From: Lytechinus pictus
Taxonomy: Eukaryota
Assembly (NCBI RefSeq): GCF_037042905.1
Contig: NC_087245.1
Location: 32,676,001 to 32,740,000, forward strand
DNA: 64,000 nucleotides
Reading direction: 5' to 3'
Below the pieces are notes generated by a model, which searched no databases, was not told the DNA's origin, and saw nothing but the letters and a program-made list of their open reading frames with translations. This document shows positions 1-15,787 of the stretch, in pieces (the first letter of the stretch is position 1; each line of letters begins with the position of its first letter). A program made the position numbers and the translations under genes.

Positions 1-442
1 GTCTTACAACGGTCTTACTGGAAAATGGTCTTTCAGTTGTCTTTCAGCGGTCTTTCGATGAACTTTCAAAGGTCTTAATAGTCTTTCAGTGATCTTTCTG
101 CAGTCTCTCAAAATTTTCGCGGAGATCACTGTAAGACTCATGAGAGATAATTGAAAGATCATTCAAAGATCATTGAAAGACCAGGCAAAGTCCATGGAAA
201 GAATTCTGAAACATCACTTGTTGCTAAAAGATCTTTGAAAGACAATCGAAAGATCTCTATATAAGACTAGTCTAAGACCAGTAAGACAAGAAATATCCAT
301 GAGTCTTTCAGAGTTCTTTGAGGGGTCTTTCTGAGCCATTCCACAGAGATGAAAAATTTCAGTGATCTTGAAGACCGCTGTAAGACCTCACTAATTTTAA
401 GTCTTTCTGCGGTAATTCAATGGTCTCCGTTCTGTGGAATGG
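1..442. mobile_element. Right part of a foldback/MITE-like element rich in GTCTTTC/GAAAGAC motifs
   Basis: Dense gtctttc/gaaagac repeats on both strands; ccattccacaga (~336) is inverted relative to tctgtggaatgg (~431-442); truncated by the window start. Confidence 0.5.
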
Positions 443-1409
443 GGGGGGGGGGGGCTCGTCCCCAGGACCCTGTATCTAGCCAAGGTTGATATTCTATATT
501 GTGGACGGAAATGTTAGTCTTCTCTTTGCCTACTTACAAGCGTCCATGATTGGGGTGGTTGGAAAAGTCGAATAAAAACAACGTTCCAATGGAAATGTTT
601 TTTTCATGACCTTAAACTATGTTATTTGGGGATATTAAGATAACATAGTTATTTGTTTATGATTTGCTATCAAAGTTCCAAGGTGATTGATTATCAAGCA
701 AAAGAGATAAGTGGTTTTCAAGATCATTTGAATGTCGATCAGTGTTTTATTTCATTCATGTTTTCAATGACTTTTCACAAGAGATTATATGGTTGAATTT
801 ACTTTGAGGGGGTTCAAGGTTGAACTTTACAAAATCATTACTGACGACGTATATTTCAATTACCTCATTGTGCGTCAAGTATCACATGCAAGCACAAAAA
901 TGACCATTAATCAAAACAAAATAATTATTTCGACCAATATGTTCCTTTTCGGAAATCTGTACGATACTTATAGCAATGTCATTGTTCTAACCGACGCGTC
1001 GTGACAAATGTAATTAATCAGTGTTAAATGTACGATTCGATTGTTGGATTCTCAATGCAACATCTAACATTAAGTATCGGAATAAATGCAACAACCGAAG
1101 ACCTTAAACCAAAATACATTTTATGAATGACTATAAAAAAATTAGCAAATGTAGACGCAGAAGACGCAATGCATTTACTAATTATTATCAGATAGTACTT
1201 GTTTAAAACACAGAAAAATCAATTAATTCTCATTAAATAATTAAATCAAATTGGTTAATTAATAATGGGGCATGTGGTTGACTTCATAAGGGATACCCAA
1301 ATTATAAAGTATGCGAATATGTTCATGTGAACTGTACCATCGTTTAATATATCAAAACTTGAAAGTCCTGGAAAGTACATATATAAATCGAATAGAAAAA
1401 AAATCTTAC

Positions 1410-3513
1410 CAATTATTTCAGTGATAGAATTGAAAACGTCTTTCTCATCGCATTCATCTGGTAGACATAAACCCCACTTCATCACAGGGACAGTAAGCTA
1501 AGGAGAGTTTATGGAGAAGATTATGGGTTTGCGTGAAATAGAGAGGGGGAGAGGGGGAGGGGAGAGAGGGGGACCAATGAGAGCTTGGAATTGTAGTAAA
1601 TGGTATCACTAGTGTTTCGAGAGTAAGAATTACATTTTTTATGCGAATACAAAAAGGAATTAAATAATAATACCGAAAGATTAATTGGATTAAAGATCAC
1701 TTAATAAAAAGGGAAATTCACTCTCCAAGCCGCGATGACCCGAAAATACGACGATTGATAATAATAAAAAAAAGGAAATATGAAAATCCCACATAAACAA
1801 CATTCTCTTGAGTGGGGATGGAGGGGGGGGGGGGTAAATAAGGGGAAGGGCGATTATCCCTATGGTTGTAGTAAAAACTTCTTGGCCCGTATTCTGCACT
1901 CTTATTGACCAAGTTTGTACTCGAATTGTGAGGAGCCAAAGACGTTTAACACTTTAACCTCGTTTATGTGCTTTGTTATATATAATTTACTGGGCTCTTC
2001 CCCCATATCTTCATAGTGAAGATTTCATTTTATTTATCATTCTCATCCAGTTACTGTATAGTAATTCAGGCTAAAAATGTACCCGGCCGATATACAGTAA
2101 AACATTGAGTCACATGTGGCTATAAGCCATACCTTCGCTGGGGGGTCTACTATATAGAAATGGCGACTTGCATGAGCAGCAGACGATAATTGAAAGACCT
2201 ACTTTGGGGTTCGTAATATTTCAATAACTCCAGTTTCGCTTAACCGATTCGGATAAATTTGGTATCAAATTAATCAGAATCAAACTCTTCATTTGAAAAT
2301 GATACAGAAATACCAGGGTTGGATTCCCCTTTAAGTTAAAATGGAGTTCTGAAATATGTGCCTTGAGATGATTTATCCCATGGGCCGTGGAACAGTTTTG
2401 TGTGTGTGGGGGGGGGGGGGCGGGCGCTGAATAGTCAAAATGTCATATACAATCATATGTTATTTTTTACGTTTTATGTACATGCTAAATTGAAAAGTGG
2501 GGGCAGCTCCACCCCCGGCCCGGTTCCGCAGACCCGGTTATCTGCCTGCTCACTAACAGATCCATACAACAACCCAACTCTTTACAAAAAAATGTACTTT
2601 TGCAACAGTTCAATGTAAAAATGCACATTTACCCCAGCGGACATGTTCAATTTGAGAAAGGTGGTGCAGAAATGAAACTCCTCCAGACTCTTACACTCGG
2701 GCCAGTGTCCCAGCCAGGCTAGGTTGCCCACTAAGAAACCAGGCATCGGCTTGCCACAAGCGTCTAGGGCTGTAACAAGAAAAATAAGATTTAAAAATTT
2801 AGTATTCTTGAAGTATGAACGCTCAAAAAATAACTTTGTTATATTTTGGATGGCTCAGAACTGGATACAAGAAATGTTGCACCAGTTAGGGAATACTGCA
2901 CGATGAGTGGAATATTTCTCTTGTCATATGAAGGAAAATCACCTCATATTATTTATGTTATCTTTAATTGTAGAGGAGACTGTGCAATATTGCACATAAA
3001 TTTTTTGGGTCATCGATCGAAGACCTAATTTCATGTTAGATTCCAGCTCTTAAAATTGCAGAGGGCTATCTTGTTCTTAAGCCCCTTCTTACATAGCAAC
3101 GGATTTTGGGACCGTACACGGTACACGTACTCTCCAAACCCGAGTGCCCCCCCCCCCCAGATATAAACTCGATGAAAGTAAATTTATGTGTGTTTGTTTT
3201 TTGTTATATACATATAACATATAACATATATAATATATATATATATATATATAGTATTTTTTTCACCTAGGGTGGCCTCCCGGGAACGCTTGTCATCGAA
3301 CATTCGAGCAAGGGCGGCATCACAGGCGACTGATATACTAAGGTTCTTGAACAGATCGGGTAGTATGGTGACGAAATCCGGCAGATGATCTGGTATCTTA
3401 ACTGGGAGATCATCGGGGAGATCGTCCGGGAGATCGAAGTCCGGCCACGAAGACGATGTCGAGATCATCACCGTTAGGAAGAGAACGGTGATCCAATTAT
3501 AAAGCGTCATCAT
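1410..3513 (-). CDS. NRF-6 / O-acyltransferase-like protein, 5' coding exons (signal peptide + NRF domain); gene continues beyond the window start
   Basis: Exons 3513-3267 (MMTLYNWITVLFLTVMISTSSS...ISVACDAAL), 2769-2633 (ALDACGKPMPGFLVGNLAWLGHWPECK...HFCT) and 1497-1410 (KWGLCLPDECDEKDV). GT-AG boundaries and phases match. DAxGK..G.L.GN..WLG...EC and GLCLPxxC are NRF-domain hallmarks. Possible 5'UTR exon donor near 5440. Confidence 0.85.
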
Positions 3514-3695
3514 CGAGACATCAAGACCGTACGACCTGATCTGCAAAATATGTTGGAATCTGGACATAGATGATTCCGCCTAATGTCAACATTGTGTAAG
3601 GAAATATTCTTCCCATCGAAATATATACAGAAAGATTCAGTTAATGAATAGGTCTATGCGTTGCCTTTGTACAACAATGTAATGTGAAAATGTCT

Positions 3696-3962
3696 ACACT
3701 CTAAAAAAATATTAGGTAAAAAAGCTCCATCCGGCTCCATGAGGGTAATTATGAGTCCAACCAACATTGGGCATTTCATTGGGGCATTTTTATTTATCCA
3801 GTGTGATGAAAATTTTGCCCATTCTGAAGTAATTATTGCTTATTAGTTTTTTAACCTTACTGGACAATATGCTTCCCGCACTGCATAAAATACCGCCCAA
3901 AATTGGTTGGACACAAGTCATAATCACCCTCGTGGTGGTAAAAAATATATATTTTTAGTGTA
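3696..3962. mobile_element. Short TIR element with CACT termini and TA flanks
   Basis: tacactctaaaaaa ... tttttagtgta inverted ends. Confidence 0.5.
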
Positions 3963-4392
3963 TATTTCTCAATATAAAAAAGAGTGATGATATGAAGAAC
4001 GTTATATATTTAACAAGAATGTAACTCGCTTCGGAGTTCCAAGAAATTTCAGGAAAGAAGTGTTAGGAGGACTATATTTCAAATATGTATGTAGTTATGA
4101 AACCAGAATACGTGATATTAGTAATCATTAAGTTAAAAAAGGACGGAGAGAAGTACAAATAATAGTAATACACAGGTGCACTGTAGCTTTTGGTGACGAC
4201 CTAGGATGCCGCCAGTTCATTGAAAATAGATAATTTGGAATATTTCCTATTTTATTTGATCACAAAACGTGAATATTAAACACATGACGTAATATTTTCC
4301 AAAGCCTTATCAAATCCTGAAATTTTGCTAATTGTATTGATAACAGTTTCAAAATATGAAGGAAAAAAAATCAGAATTTTACATTATTTTAT

Positions 4393-5005
4393 TTAAAAGG
4401 TCAAGTCCACCCCAGGAAAATGTTGATTTGACTAAATAGAGAAAAATCAAACCAGCATATTGCTGAAAATGTCATCAAAATCGGATGTAAAATAAGAAAA
4501 TTATGACATTTTAAAGTTTGGCTTAATTTTCACAAAACAGTGATATGCACAACTCAGTGACATGCAAATGAGTCAGTCGATTATGTCCATCATTCACTAT
4601 TTCTTTTGTTTTTTTTATTATTTAAATTATACAATATTTCATTTTTTACAGATTTAACAATAAGGACCAACTTGACTGAACCATGTAGTATTAAACAATG
4701 CTAATTCCACATGTTCAGGGAGGAATCATTGTTGTTTCACTTGACAATGAGGAGAAAATTAGAATATTTCATATTTTATATAATAAAATACATAGGAAAT
4801 AGTGAGTGGATGACATCATCAGTCTCCTCATTTGCATACCGACCAGGATGTGCATATAACTGTTTTGTGAAATTAAGCGAAACTTTAAAATGTCATAACT
4901 GTCTTATTTCACATCCGATTTTGATGAAATTTTCAGTGTTATGCTTGTTGGATTTTTCTCTTTTTATTCACATCAAATTTTTGTTGGGGTGGACTTGTCC
5001 TTTAA
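4393..5005. mobile_element. TTAA-flanked non-autonomous DNA transposon (Kolobok-like), family copy 1
   Basis: ttaa-aaggtcaagtccacccca ... tggggtggacttgtcct-ttaa; closely similar copy at 45960-46550 and degenerate copies at ~6181, ~8020 and ~9664. Confidence 0.75.
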
Positions 5006-6180
5006 ATCAACATTTAAAAATTTCCACACACTTCCACGATATAAAATTTAAGTTTGTGGGAATAATAATAATGTGTCGCAGTGCATGCGGCCACATAATA
5101 TGCTGCCAGTCGAGTAATTTCAAATCATATTTCATGAAATTGTAAAAGTGAGCAATGCATGTGTCTGCTCAGAGTCAGCGAAAGTAATCATCATTACAAA
5201 AACAAGTTTCCATTGGCTTTTGTAACTGGCCATGCAGTGTGTTTGTAGTTAGGGAGGCTCATTTGTCTACAATCTGCAAGAAAAATCCAATGAACCAAAA
5301 ATGCCTTACATAATTATTTTATCCCTGCAGCATCAAACCCCATCAAACTTGGCTTTAAATGAAATGAGTTAGATAGTGGTCCATTCTTTTATTTCTTACC
5401 CGGCCCATGCCCATGGTATAATTATTAATGGGTTACTTACGCTTCCTGAACGCTGATAAGTTTCCGTCCTCGAGAGATGATGGAGGATGTATATGTTTAC
5501 TTCAAACTATAACTATACCGCGGCAAGTCACTGTACAAGACCCGGGTAAAATGTAATAAACCTTTCGTACAAATCTGTCCACGAAGTATAACACTATGTG
5601 AAACATCAGTGAATAAGTTCTATAAATATCACGTTTGGTAAAGGTTCACATGCAGAGAATACCACTGAGTCATGAATGCAGTAACTATAGATCCGATTGT
5701 CATCAGACGGCCTCGGCGAGTGAACACGGCGGGTAAACAGGGCATATTGTTTGCTTTTTGGCTTTCTGCGTTTACACGTTACGGTCGATCCTTGAATACA
5801 TAATAACAATGGAGGGTAAATAATAAGTAACGTCATTGATGGCTGCGTTTGCATTTTAAGGAAGAATTAAGGGGTGCACGTGAGGCACAATACATTATCC
5901 CTGGCCTGAACAAAATTAGGTTCCTTTCTCGAATTCACTCTATATGCCGTATACAGGGGTGATGGGTGTGGGTGGGTGGGAGAGTGTGTGCGTGTATGGG
6001 GGTGATTTAATTTTTACAGATGTGTATCAATCAGAGATGATTATTTACGTCTGGAACCGACCTTTAACGTCACCATCTGAAAGACGTGACAGGGTTCGAA
6101 CCACGAACCTCTGCATCAATGAATTTGTTTTCGAAATAGTACAGTGGTCCCCCGGAGTAGTCCTTGCCAGGACTGTTCTG

Positions 6181-7345
6181 TTAAAGGTCAAGTCCATCCC
6201 AGAAAAAAGTTGATTTGAATCAATAGAGAAAAATCAAAGAAGCATAATACTGAAGAAAAAAATCATCACTGAATCGGATGTAGAATACGACAGTTATCAC
6301 ATTTTAAAGTTAAGCTTATTATCACAAAATATAGCATGCACAACTCATTGATATGCAAAATGAGTCGATATGTCCCTCACTATTATTTTAGCGTTTGAAT
6401 ATACAATAATTTCATTTTTACAGATTCAACACAGACGAGGACCCTCTCAGTTGTTTGAACCTTATGTGTTACACAATGAGGACAATTCCACATGTACAGG
6501 GAGGAATAAAACTTTGTTCAACATGATAATGAGGAGAAAATTAGAATATTTCCAAAATATCTTACAGATCTCATTTCCTTATGCTCTAGTACCTCCTCAA
6601 GACCTCTTCGTTCATCGTCTACAATGCAGTTAACTCCTGGACCTCGAACCTCTACAAAGTATGTGATCGACCGCGCTTTTTCTTCAATTGCCCCTTCCCT
6701 TTGGAATAAGCTACCATCTTACATTCATAATGCCAAGTCTGTGAATCAGTTCAAAACACCACTCAAAACCTACCTGTTTAATAAATGATTCACATTTGTG
6801 GGTCGGTCAATTGGAAGTGCACACCAGTTTTGATTTTTGATTATTTGTATAATTGTATATTAGCTGTATCATTTTCCCCTGCCACATTTTTTTTAAACCC
6901 AAGTACAAACCATAAAGAGAACATAGTGCGCTTAGAAACACCAGTAGTAAGCGCCTTATAAATGTTATGTATTATTATCATTTCATATTTCATGTAATGA
7001 AATACAAAAACAAATCAGGGTCCTATGGGTGGATGATGTCATTTCTCTCCTCATTAACTTTGGCATACCGACCAGGATGTGAATATAAATGTTTTATGAA
7101 ATTGACCGATGGGACCAATCTAGGTCACCATGCAGTCACCGAGATATCAAGAAAACTGTGAAATGTATTCGTATTAATGTCCTATTTGATTCCATAATTC
7201 TTCCATGAATTCGCTGAAGAACGAGACCGCTTTTATACATCCCTATCACCATGGGGCCACGAAGCAATCACGGAGTTAACCAAACATGAATAACTGAATC
7301 ATGGTTCCTTGTCCCATTTTGATGAAATTGTCAGTGTTTTATTTG
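6181..7345. mobile_element. Degenerate Kolobok-like copy interrupted by a CR1/L2-type LINE 3' fragment (~6555-6980)
   Basis: Starts ttaaaggtcaagtccat. The insert encodes RAFSSIAPSLWNKLP...FKTPLKTYLF, a typical CR1/L2 ORF2 C-terminus, followed by an ATT-rich tail; host-element sequence then resumes. Confidence 0.65.
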
Positions 7346-7516
7346 TCTGATTATACTTGCTTCCTTTCAAATGGTATTATTTTCAGCCTTAAATCCCGTT
7401 ATGGACAAACTCATCATTCATTGAATTGCCTCCGATATAGGATGACGCGCGTACCATTCTACATGTATATATTCCGGACCTATAGTTTCGCATTTCCTAG
7501 GAGGAAGCTCTCTACA

Positions 7517-7805
7517 CCCGGGGGTCCAACTTCCATTGACGAGTGCGTGGATACCAGGCGCGACCATGCAAGGGGTTTCGGAAAGCACCCTAAACGAGTA
7601 TTTTCCATATTCTGAAAATGCACCCCTTAAGCCCCTTTCACAATTGGTGGTGCGACTGCTCAACCGTTGCGATTCTGTGCAACATATATTGTGACCAAAT
7701 GATCGCAAACGATGGTACGAGCAATTGTGAAACCCTACCCTTAAGAAGTATTGGAAACAAAACGGTACCCTTGACAAGTATTTCCTGAATTGACCCCTTA
7801 ATATA
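7517..7805. mobile_element. Partial copy of the CCCGGGGG-terminus MITE
   Basis: Shares acttccattgacgag, tattctgaaaatgcacccctt and gtgaaaccctacccttaa with 26842-27413. Confidence 0.6.
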
Positions 7806-8017
7806 TTCATATTGTGATAATTGTTATAGGTCTACTGTGATAAAATAAAACAAAATGAGGAAAGAAAAGGATTTGTGACATCTTTGGATCTCTTTGTGTA
7901 TCACCTGTGGTGTCGCATTCTAAGCATGATGAAAATGAGCATCTTTCTTGAAGTTTAATGTCATAAATTCCTTCCATATCGAAATGATAAGTTTTAAGGA
8001 CCTATATGCTTGTTTAA

Positions 8018-8605
8018 TCAAAGGACCATTCCACCCCAACAAAAAGTTGATTTGATCAAACAAGCGGAACGCTGAAAGTTTATCAAAATCGGGATGTAAA
8101 ATAAGAAACTTATGAAATTTTAAAGTTCCGCTCAATTTTTCAAAACAGTTATATTCACATCCTGGTTGGAATGAAAATGAGGGACTGATGACATCAATTA
8201 ACTCACTATAAAATTTGATTTTATTATCTGAAATATGTACAATTTTTATTTTCTCCTCATTGTCGTCATGTGATACAAACTTTTATTCCTCCCTGAACTT
8301 GTGGAATTGCCATTGTTTTAATTTATGGTTCAGTAAAGTTGGTCCTTATTGTCAAATCTGCAATCTTGAAATGTTGTATAATTCAACAGTAAAAACAAAA
8401 TGAATAAACTGATAAAGAGTAGTCTCATATTAATTGACTTTGAATATCACCGAGTTGTGCATATAACTGTTTTGTGAAAAGTAACTTTAGGCCCTATTTT
8501 GCATCTGATTTTGATGAACTAATTGTCATTGTTGTGCTTGTTGGATTTTTCTCTTTTTATTTCTTTATTCGAATCAACTTTTTGTGGATGTGTTCTTGGC
8601 CTATA
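8018..8605. mobile_element. Degenerate Kolobok-like family copy, opposite orientation
   Basis: Begins aaaggaccattccaccccaacaaaaagttgatt, resembling the reverse complement of the 4393-5005 right end; shared internal blocks. Confidence 0.55.
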
Positions 8606-8782
8606 ACGACCTGTCCTTTACTAAAATAAATAAATAAATAAAAATAAAAAAATAAAAAAATATGGGATCCCACTTTATGCGCTCCGTTGTTTTGCATGTT
8701 TTTCAAATAATCATTTTAAAATCTGGGAAAATTGAATCAAATAACTCCCTTTGAAATGACTTGGCAATTACTATTGTAAATT

Positions 8783-8946
8783 TAAATAATATATAAACTA
8801 AATAATATATAAACTAAATAATATATAAACTAAATAATATATAAACTAAATAATATATAAACTAAATAATATATAAACTAAATAATATATAAACTAAATA
8901 ATATATAAACTAAATAATATATAAACTAAATAATATATAAACTAAA
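8783..8946. repeat. 16-bp minisatellite (TAAATAATATATAAAC) x ~10
   Basis: Directly visible perfect tandem repeats ~160 bp upstream of the TTC32 ATG. Confidence 0.95.
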
Positions 8947-9109
8947 CAATGACATTTCTTCTACAAGCATAGAGGTGGATTAAAATACGCTACAAGTTCT
9001 TTCTTTGCATGCTGCCTGCATGCTGCTGCACGCGTTCCATAACTTAATTCTATAGTATAGAACGCGAATCAAGCGACTTGCATTTTTTTTTATTGAATAG
9101 GATATCAAA

Positions 9110-11490
<2,381 letters not shown>

Positions 11491-12769
11491 CACTCCCTGT
11501 TCAGGCCGAAGGGAGAGTAGACAGTAATTTGGATCTGCCTGGCATGGAAGCAAGGGATTATAAACTCTTTTGCAGAACAAATGAGTGAGAATAGAGAGGT
11601 TTTAATGAGAGCATATGAGAAAATCCGATAGTAGGCAGAGTATTTTACTATATTTTATGGAAAAAATAATGGAGCTAATGGAGAGAAAACTAGAAAAATT
11701 AGTTCAGATCTCACAGAGAGGAGAAAGATGAGGGAGAGAGAGAAAAGGATGGTGGATATGGTGACATAGGGGGGGGGGGTAGGGGAGTGAGTGTGATAAA
11801 GAGGGGTGGAAGATTTAACTAAAGAGGGGAGAGAGAGAGAGCAGATAAATCTTGAGAGAAAGATTTCACTAATTGGAAGAATTGATAAAATGATAACCAA
11901 GTTGTGCATATTTATTTATACATAAATTTTATATTACTATATTTTCTCATGTTCATTACTTTAAAAAATATACATATTTCTAAATGCATTTGTATTTAAC
12001 ATCTCTTACAAAGAGAATCCTATTTGTGTACCAAAGTATTATAAAGTAAGTTATATATTTGTCAAAAGTTGTTTGTATTGATTACTTTATTTTTTCAGAT
12101 GACTACAAAAATACTATTTGACTAAATAAGGAAACAATACATAAGTGATATGTATTTCCATTATGTATATGACAGTAATAACATTACTATGAATCTTTTA
12201 TTTACTCTTTCGTTATGTAGAGCAGTAGAATTAGTAAAATCATGAACTGAAATATTATGTAACTTTTATATTACAAGTACAACCTTGATCCCAAATACTG
12301 TATCTCTAAGACCTGATCACACTCAGATCCTCCTCTTCTTTCAGATCCATTTGTTAATCCTTTTTCTTTTTTTAGGACAAGATATTTGAGCTGTTTTATT
12401 TTTTTTTACTCTAATTTTTGACAAAATAGAATATGTTGAAATAAAAACATATTGTAAGTCCACCTTTCGCCTAAGCCATTTTTCTTTTTGGAACTGATCT
12501 GATAATAGCCTTATAGGACGTGAAAAGAAAAACATTGTTGAATACAAAATACAAATAAGCAAGCATGAGTGATAGAGATGAATAAGCAAACAGTTGGAAT
12601 GAGAAATCTTCTGAAAATGGTGTGCGTATATTGTCAGAAAGATGAGTAAAATGTGTTGGCCATTTAACAATTGTGTTTACCTATTTAACGAAGTGCAGAA
12701 AATAGTTTTTTATTTACATTTTCTACAACAATTTTTGGCATGAAATAATAGAATTTAAAATCTTATGAA

Positions 12770-13035
12770 CATAGAGTACCAGAGTAATGACGTCACAAAA
12801 AAACTTTTTATGCATTTCAGAATATTTGATACCAAATTTTGTAGAGCATGATGAAATACCTCCAATACCAAAATTTGGTGCGAATCGGTCCATGAATACA
12901 TAATTAGGAACCAGGCCAGTGACTTCAATGGGGCTAATTATGTATTTCATGGACCGATTCCCACTAAAATATTGTATAAAAAATGCTGAAATGCAAAATT
13001 GGAAAATTGATGACGTCACACTCCGGTACTCTGTC
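12770..13035. mobile_element. Short TIR element (MITE)
   Basis: catagagtaccagagtaatgacgtca is inverted relative to tgacgtcacactccggtactctg. Confidence 0.55.
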
Positions 13036-13319
13036 AGTGCTGTATTTGATGGGAAATTGTAGATGGGAGTAAGAGGTCTAATGGAGAAGAGCATCTTGTG
13101 TACTGAGGTTACTCCCAATGTTACTGAAATTTGAGTGACACAACTTGCTGTGCAAACCCCTATAGACAAAGAACAAACCAAAAGCTATACCATCAATAAG
13201 AATTTTCATGGTACTGAAATGTTAAAACATTTAAGTAACTGAATTTTTCATACCGTTTGAAAATTGCTCTGGATTTAGCTCGAGCTGCTACCTGCCTTCC
13301 TCCATCACTTCTTCTAACA

Positions 13320-13490
13320 CTCACAGCATTCAATCCTGCCAGGTACCTGTTAACCTCACCTGGGTTGAATGCGACACAATGTGGATATATATCTTCTTGC
13401 TGAAGGAATTCACGCCATGGCTGGGATTGGAACCCAAAACCCTCTATTTGAAAGGTGAGAGTGAAAACCACCAAACCACACCACATCCAC
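13320..13490 (-). mobile_element. Degenerate tRNA-derived SINE
   Basis: Reverse-complement similarity to 10305-10576 (acctcacctgggttga, cttgctgaagga, cgccatggct). Confidence 0.65.
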
Positions 13491-14657
13491 AAACAATGAA
13501 CAAAACAAACCCTTGGATACTATTTCAGGTCATCTTTAATACATGATACCTTCAATGCCATCTGTGTACTTATACAAAATAGTACTTAAAAAAAATCTAA
13601 TAACATTCTCACATGATTGGCAGTAAACAACATATACATTCAATGTATAATACCACTATACAAGATAGAATATTAATAAAACTAGTACAAATATATCAGT
13701 CTAGTGGTATTGGTTTAACTGTTTAAAATGCAATATTTACAATGTAAAGGCTTGGTCCCTCTGCACTTACAAATGCAAAGAGGAGGTAAAACATAAAGAA
13801 TCTTCCCATCAATTGGAAAACTTTATGTGTCCGCTGTGTACTCTTTGCATACATGTTTCTTACGCTCTATATCCATCGAGCATCCATCCACTGTGATTTC
13901 ATTGTTCGCCCATTTTGTCCATTGTCTGGAGCGGATGAAAGTGGATGGAGCCACTCCAAACTTGTGCTTGTCCGCTGTATCTGTTACGAGTACGTTTTGT
14001 GTACGTCGGCCCGTGGGATCAGTCTTTTTAGGTTTTTGGAAAATATGAGTCTAAAGATTAGTAATTTCCAAATTTTGAAATGTATGATGAAAGATTATGA
14101 TTGCTAAGTGAAAGATGAAATATAAAAAAAGGAAAAAGTACTTATAGGGTGTTCAATAGGGGGAAATAATACCATTACCGACAGAGAATGCTAAATACAA
14201 TTTGACAGTCAAATCCATTTATTATTAAGAATCATATAATGGTCACTACACTTTGCGAAAACCTGAGTCATGATACTCCAGTATAATTCAAAATATGCAT
14301 CTTTTATTTCAAATGTACAGGAGGCTTATTCAATTTGCAGCATTGTAGAACAAAAAAAGAGAAAACCTGCTTTTACTCAATGACATATAGGTACATATAT
14401 TTACAAGAGCAATTAAACAGCCCTTGGGAATATTTCATGGAAAGGTTTGCCAGTGATTTTCACAGACTAATCTGATCTCAGTAGCTAGCAGGAGCATATA
14501 TAACAACTGCAAAAATCAAAGACTTTTTGTTTCATGAAACGCCCTCCTAAAATATTGTCTGAATACATCTTCAAGTTCACACTGATAACATGCTAGTTTT
14601 CATTATCTTCCTTCTGCTACCACGATGGAATAAGCATTTATCTGTTGACTACTTTCT

Positions 14658-15351
14658 TTAATCCTTTCTAACTTAGTCCCTTATAAATCCGCCGCGCGAA
14701 ATTTTTTCGAGCTCGCCGCTTGCTGACTTTTTACTTTCAAATCTCGCGCAAAGTTTGAGACCAAATTTGCGATGCCCGGTTACGCGATTACGAAATTACA
14801 CAACATTATGTGAGTGCATGTCAGTCCCAAAACTGCTAAAAAATGTGAGTTCATGTACAAATCCAATGCAAATTGTGTACTTAGCCAAAATTCATCAATG
14901 TATCATTATTTCTACTTATATTGATTAGATTTAATTAATTTTGTCTTGTTTACGATCAAAATTACGTCTGCAACAATTTCCATCGAAAAAACACTAAAAA
15001 AACAAAAAGTCAAAAAGCAAAGAAATATAAAAGAAAAAAAAAAAAAAAAAAAATACATTAAAACAAATTGTGATACCAAATTTTGTTTGAAGTACATTTG
15101 ATCAGGATCCTACAAAGAGTCTGTGAATAAAAAATTAGCAGTTTTGAGGCAGTATAATAGTTGATTAGAGCAAATGTTTTATTTCATGAATAAATTAGCA
15201 TAATTAATTCATTAAATTAAAAAATATCGCACACTACCACTGCAAATTTTTGCCGCACTCGCGCGATCGAAGGCCGAGATCTCAGGGGGGCGGAATCCGC
15301 CCCTCCCCGACTGTGAGATGGGTCCAAATAACCTGGCTCTTTTAGGGTTAA
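14658..15351. mobile_element. piggyBac-like non-autonomous element
   Basis: ttaatcct ... tttagggttaa ends; CpG-rich subterminal regions. Confidence 0.45.
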
Positions 15352-15787
15352 TACACAAGACAATCAACTAGAAATGCCATGATAATTTTAGTCAGTATAT
15401 TTTTCTTCATTAAATTAGGAAAGAAAAGATTATACAAAAAGATGGCTAGGAGCGAACAACAAATTCCTGATCATTTCACGTGGGTATAAATACATGACGA
15501 ATGGGAGAGTTATCCCTACAATCATTGTGCGTCATAACGTACTCACTTAGTTGCCAATTTGAGGCAGGGATGTAGTAAAGGCTGGCCTCTATGCTACATT
15601 TTGCCGGCCTTGGCCTCAGCCGAGTCAAATGTAATAAGTCTATAGGAGAAGGTACTCTACAGCCGCCTTGTGTCTCAGAAGTACCAGCCTTGACTACATT
15701 CCTGATTTGCGGTTTAGATGGGTCTTGATCTTTCTTTTTTTGTGTGTGTGATTTTTGTTTGATTCCTCCCCAACGTAAGACATTCAT

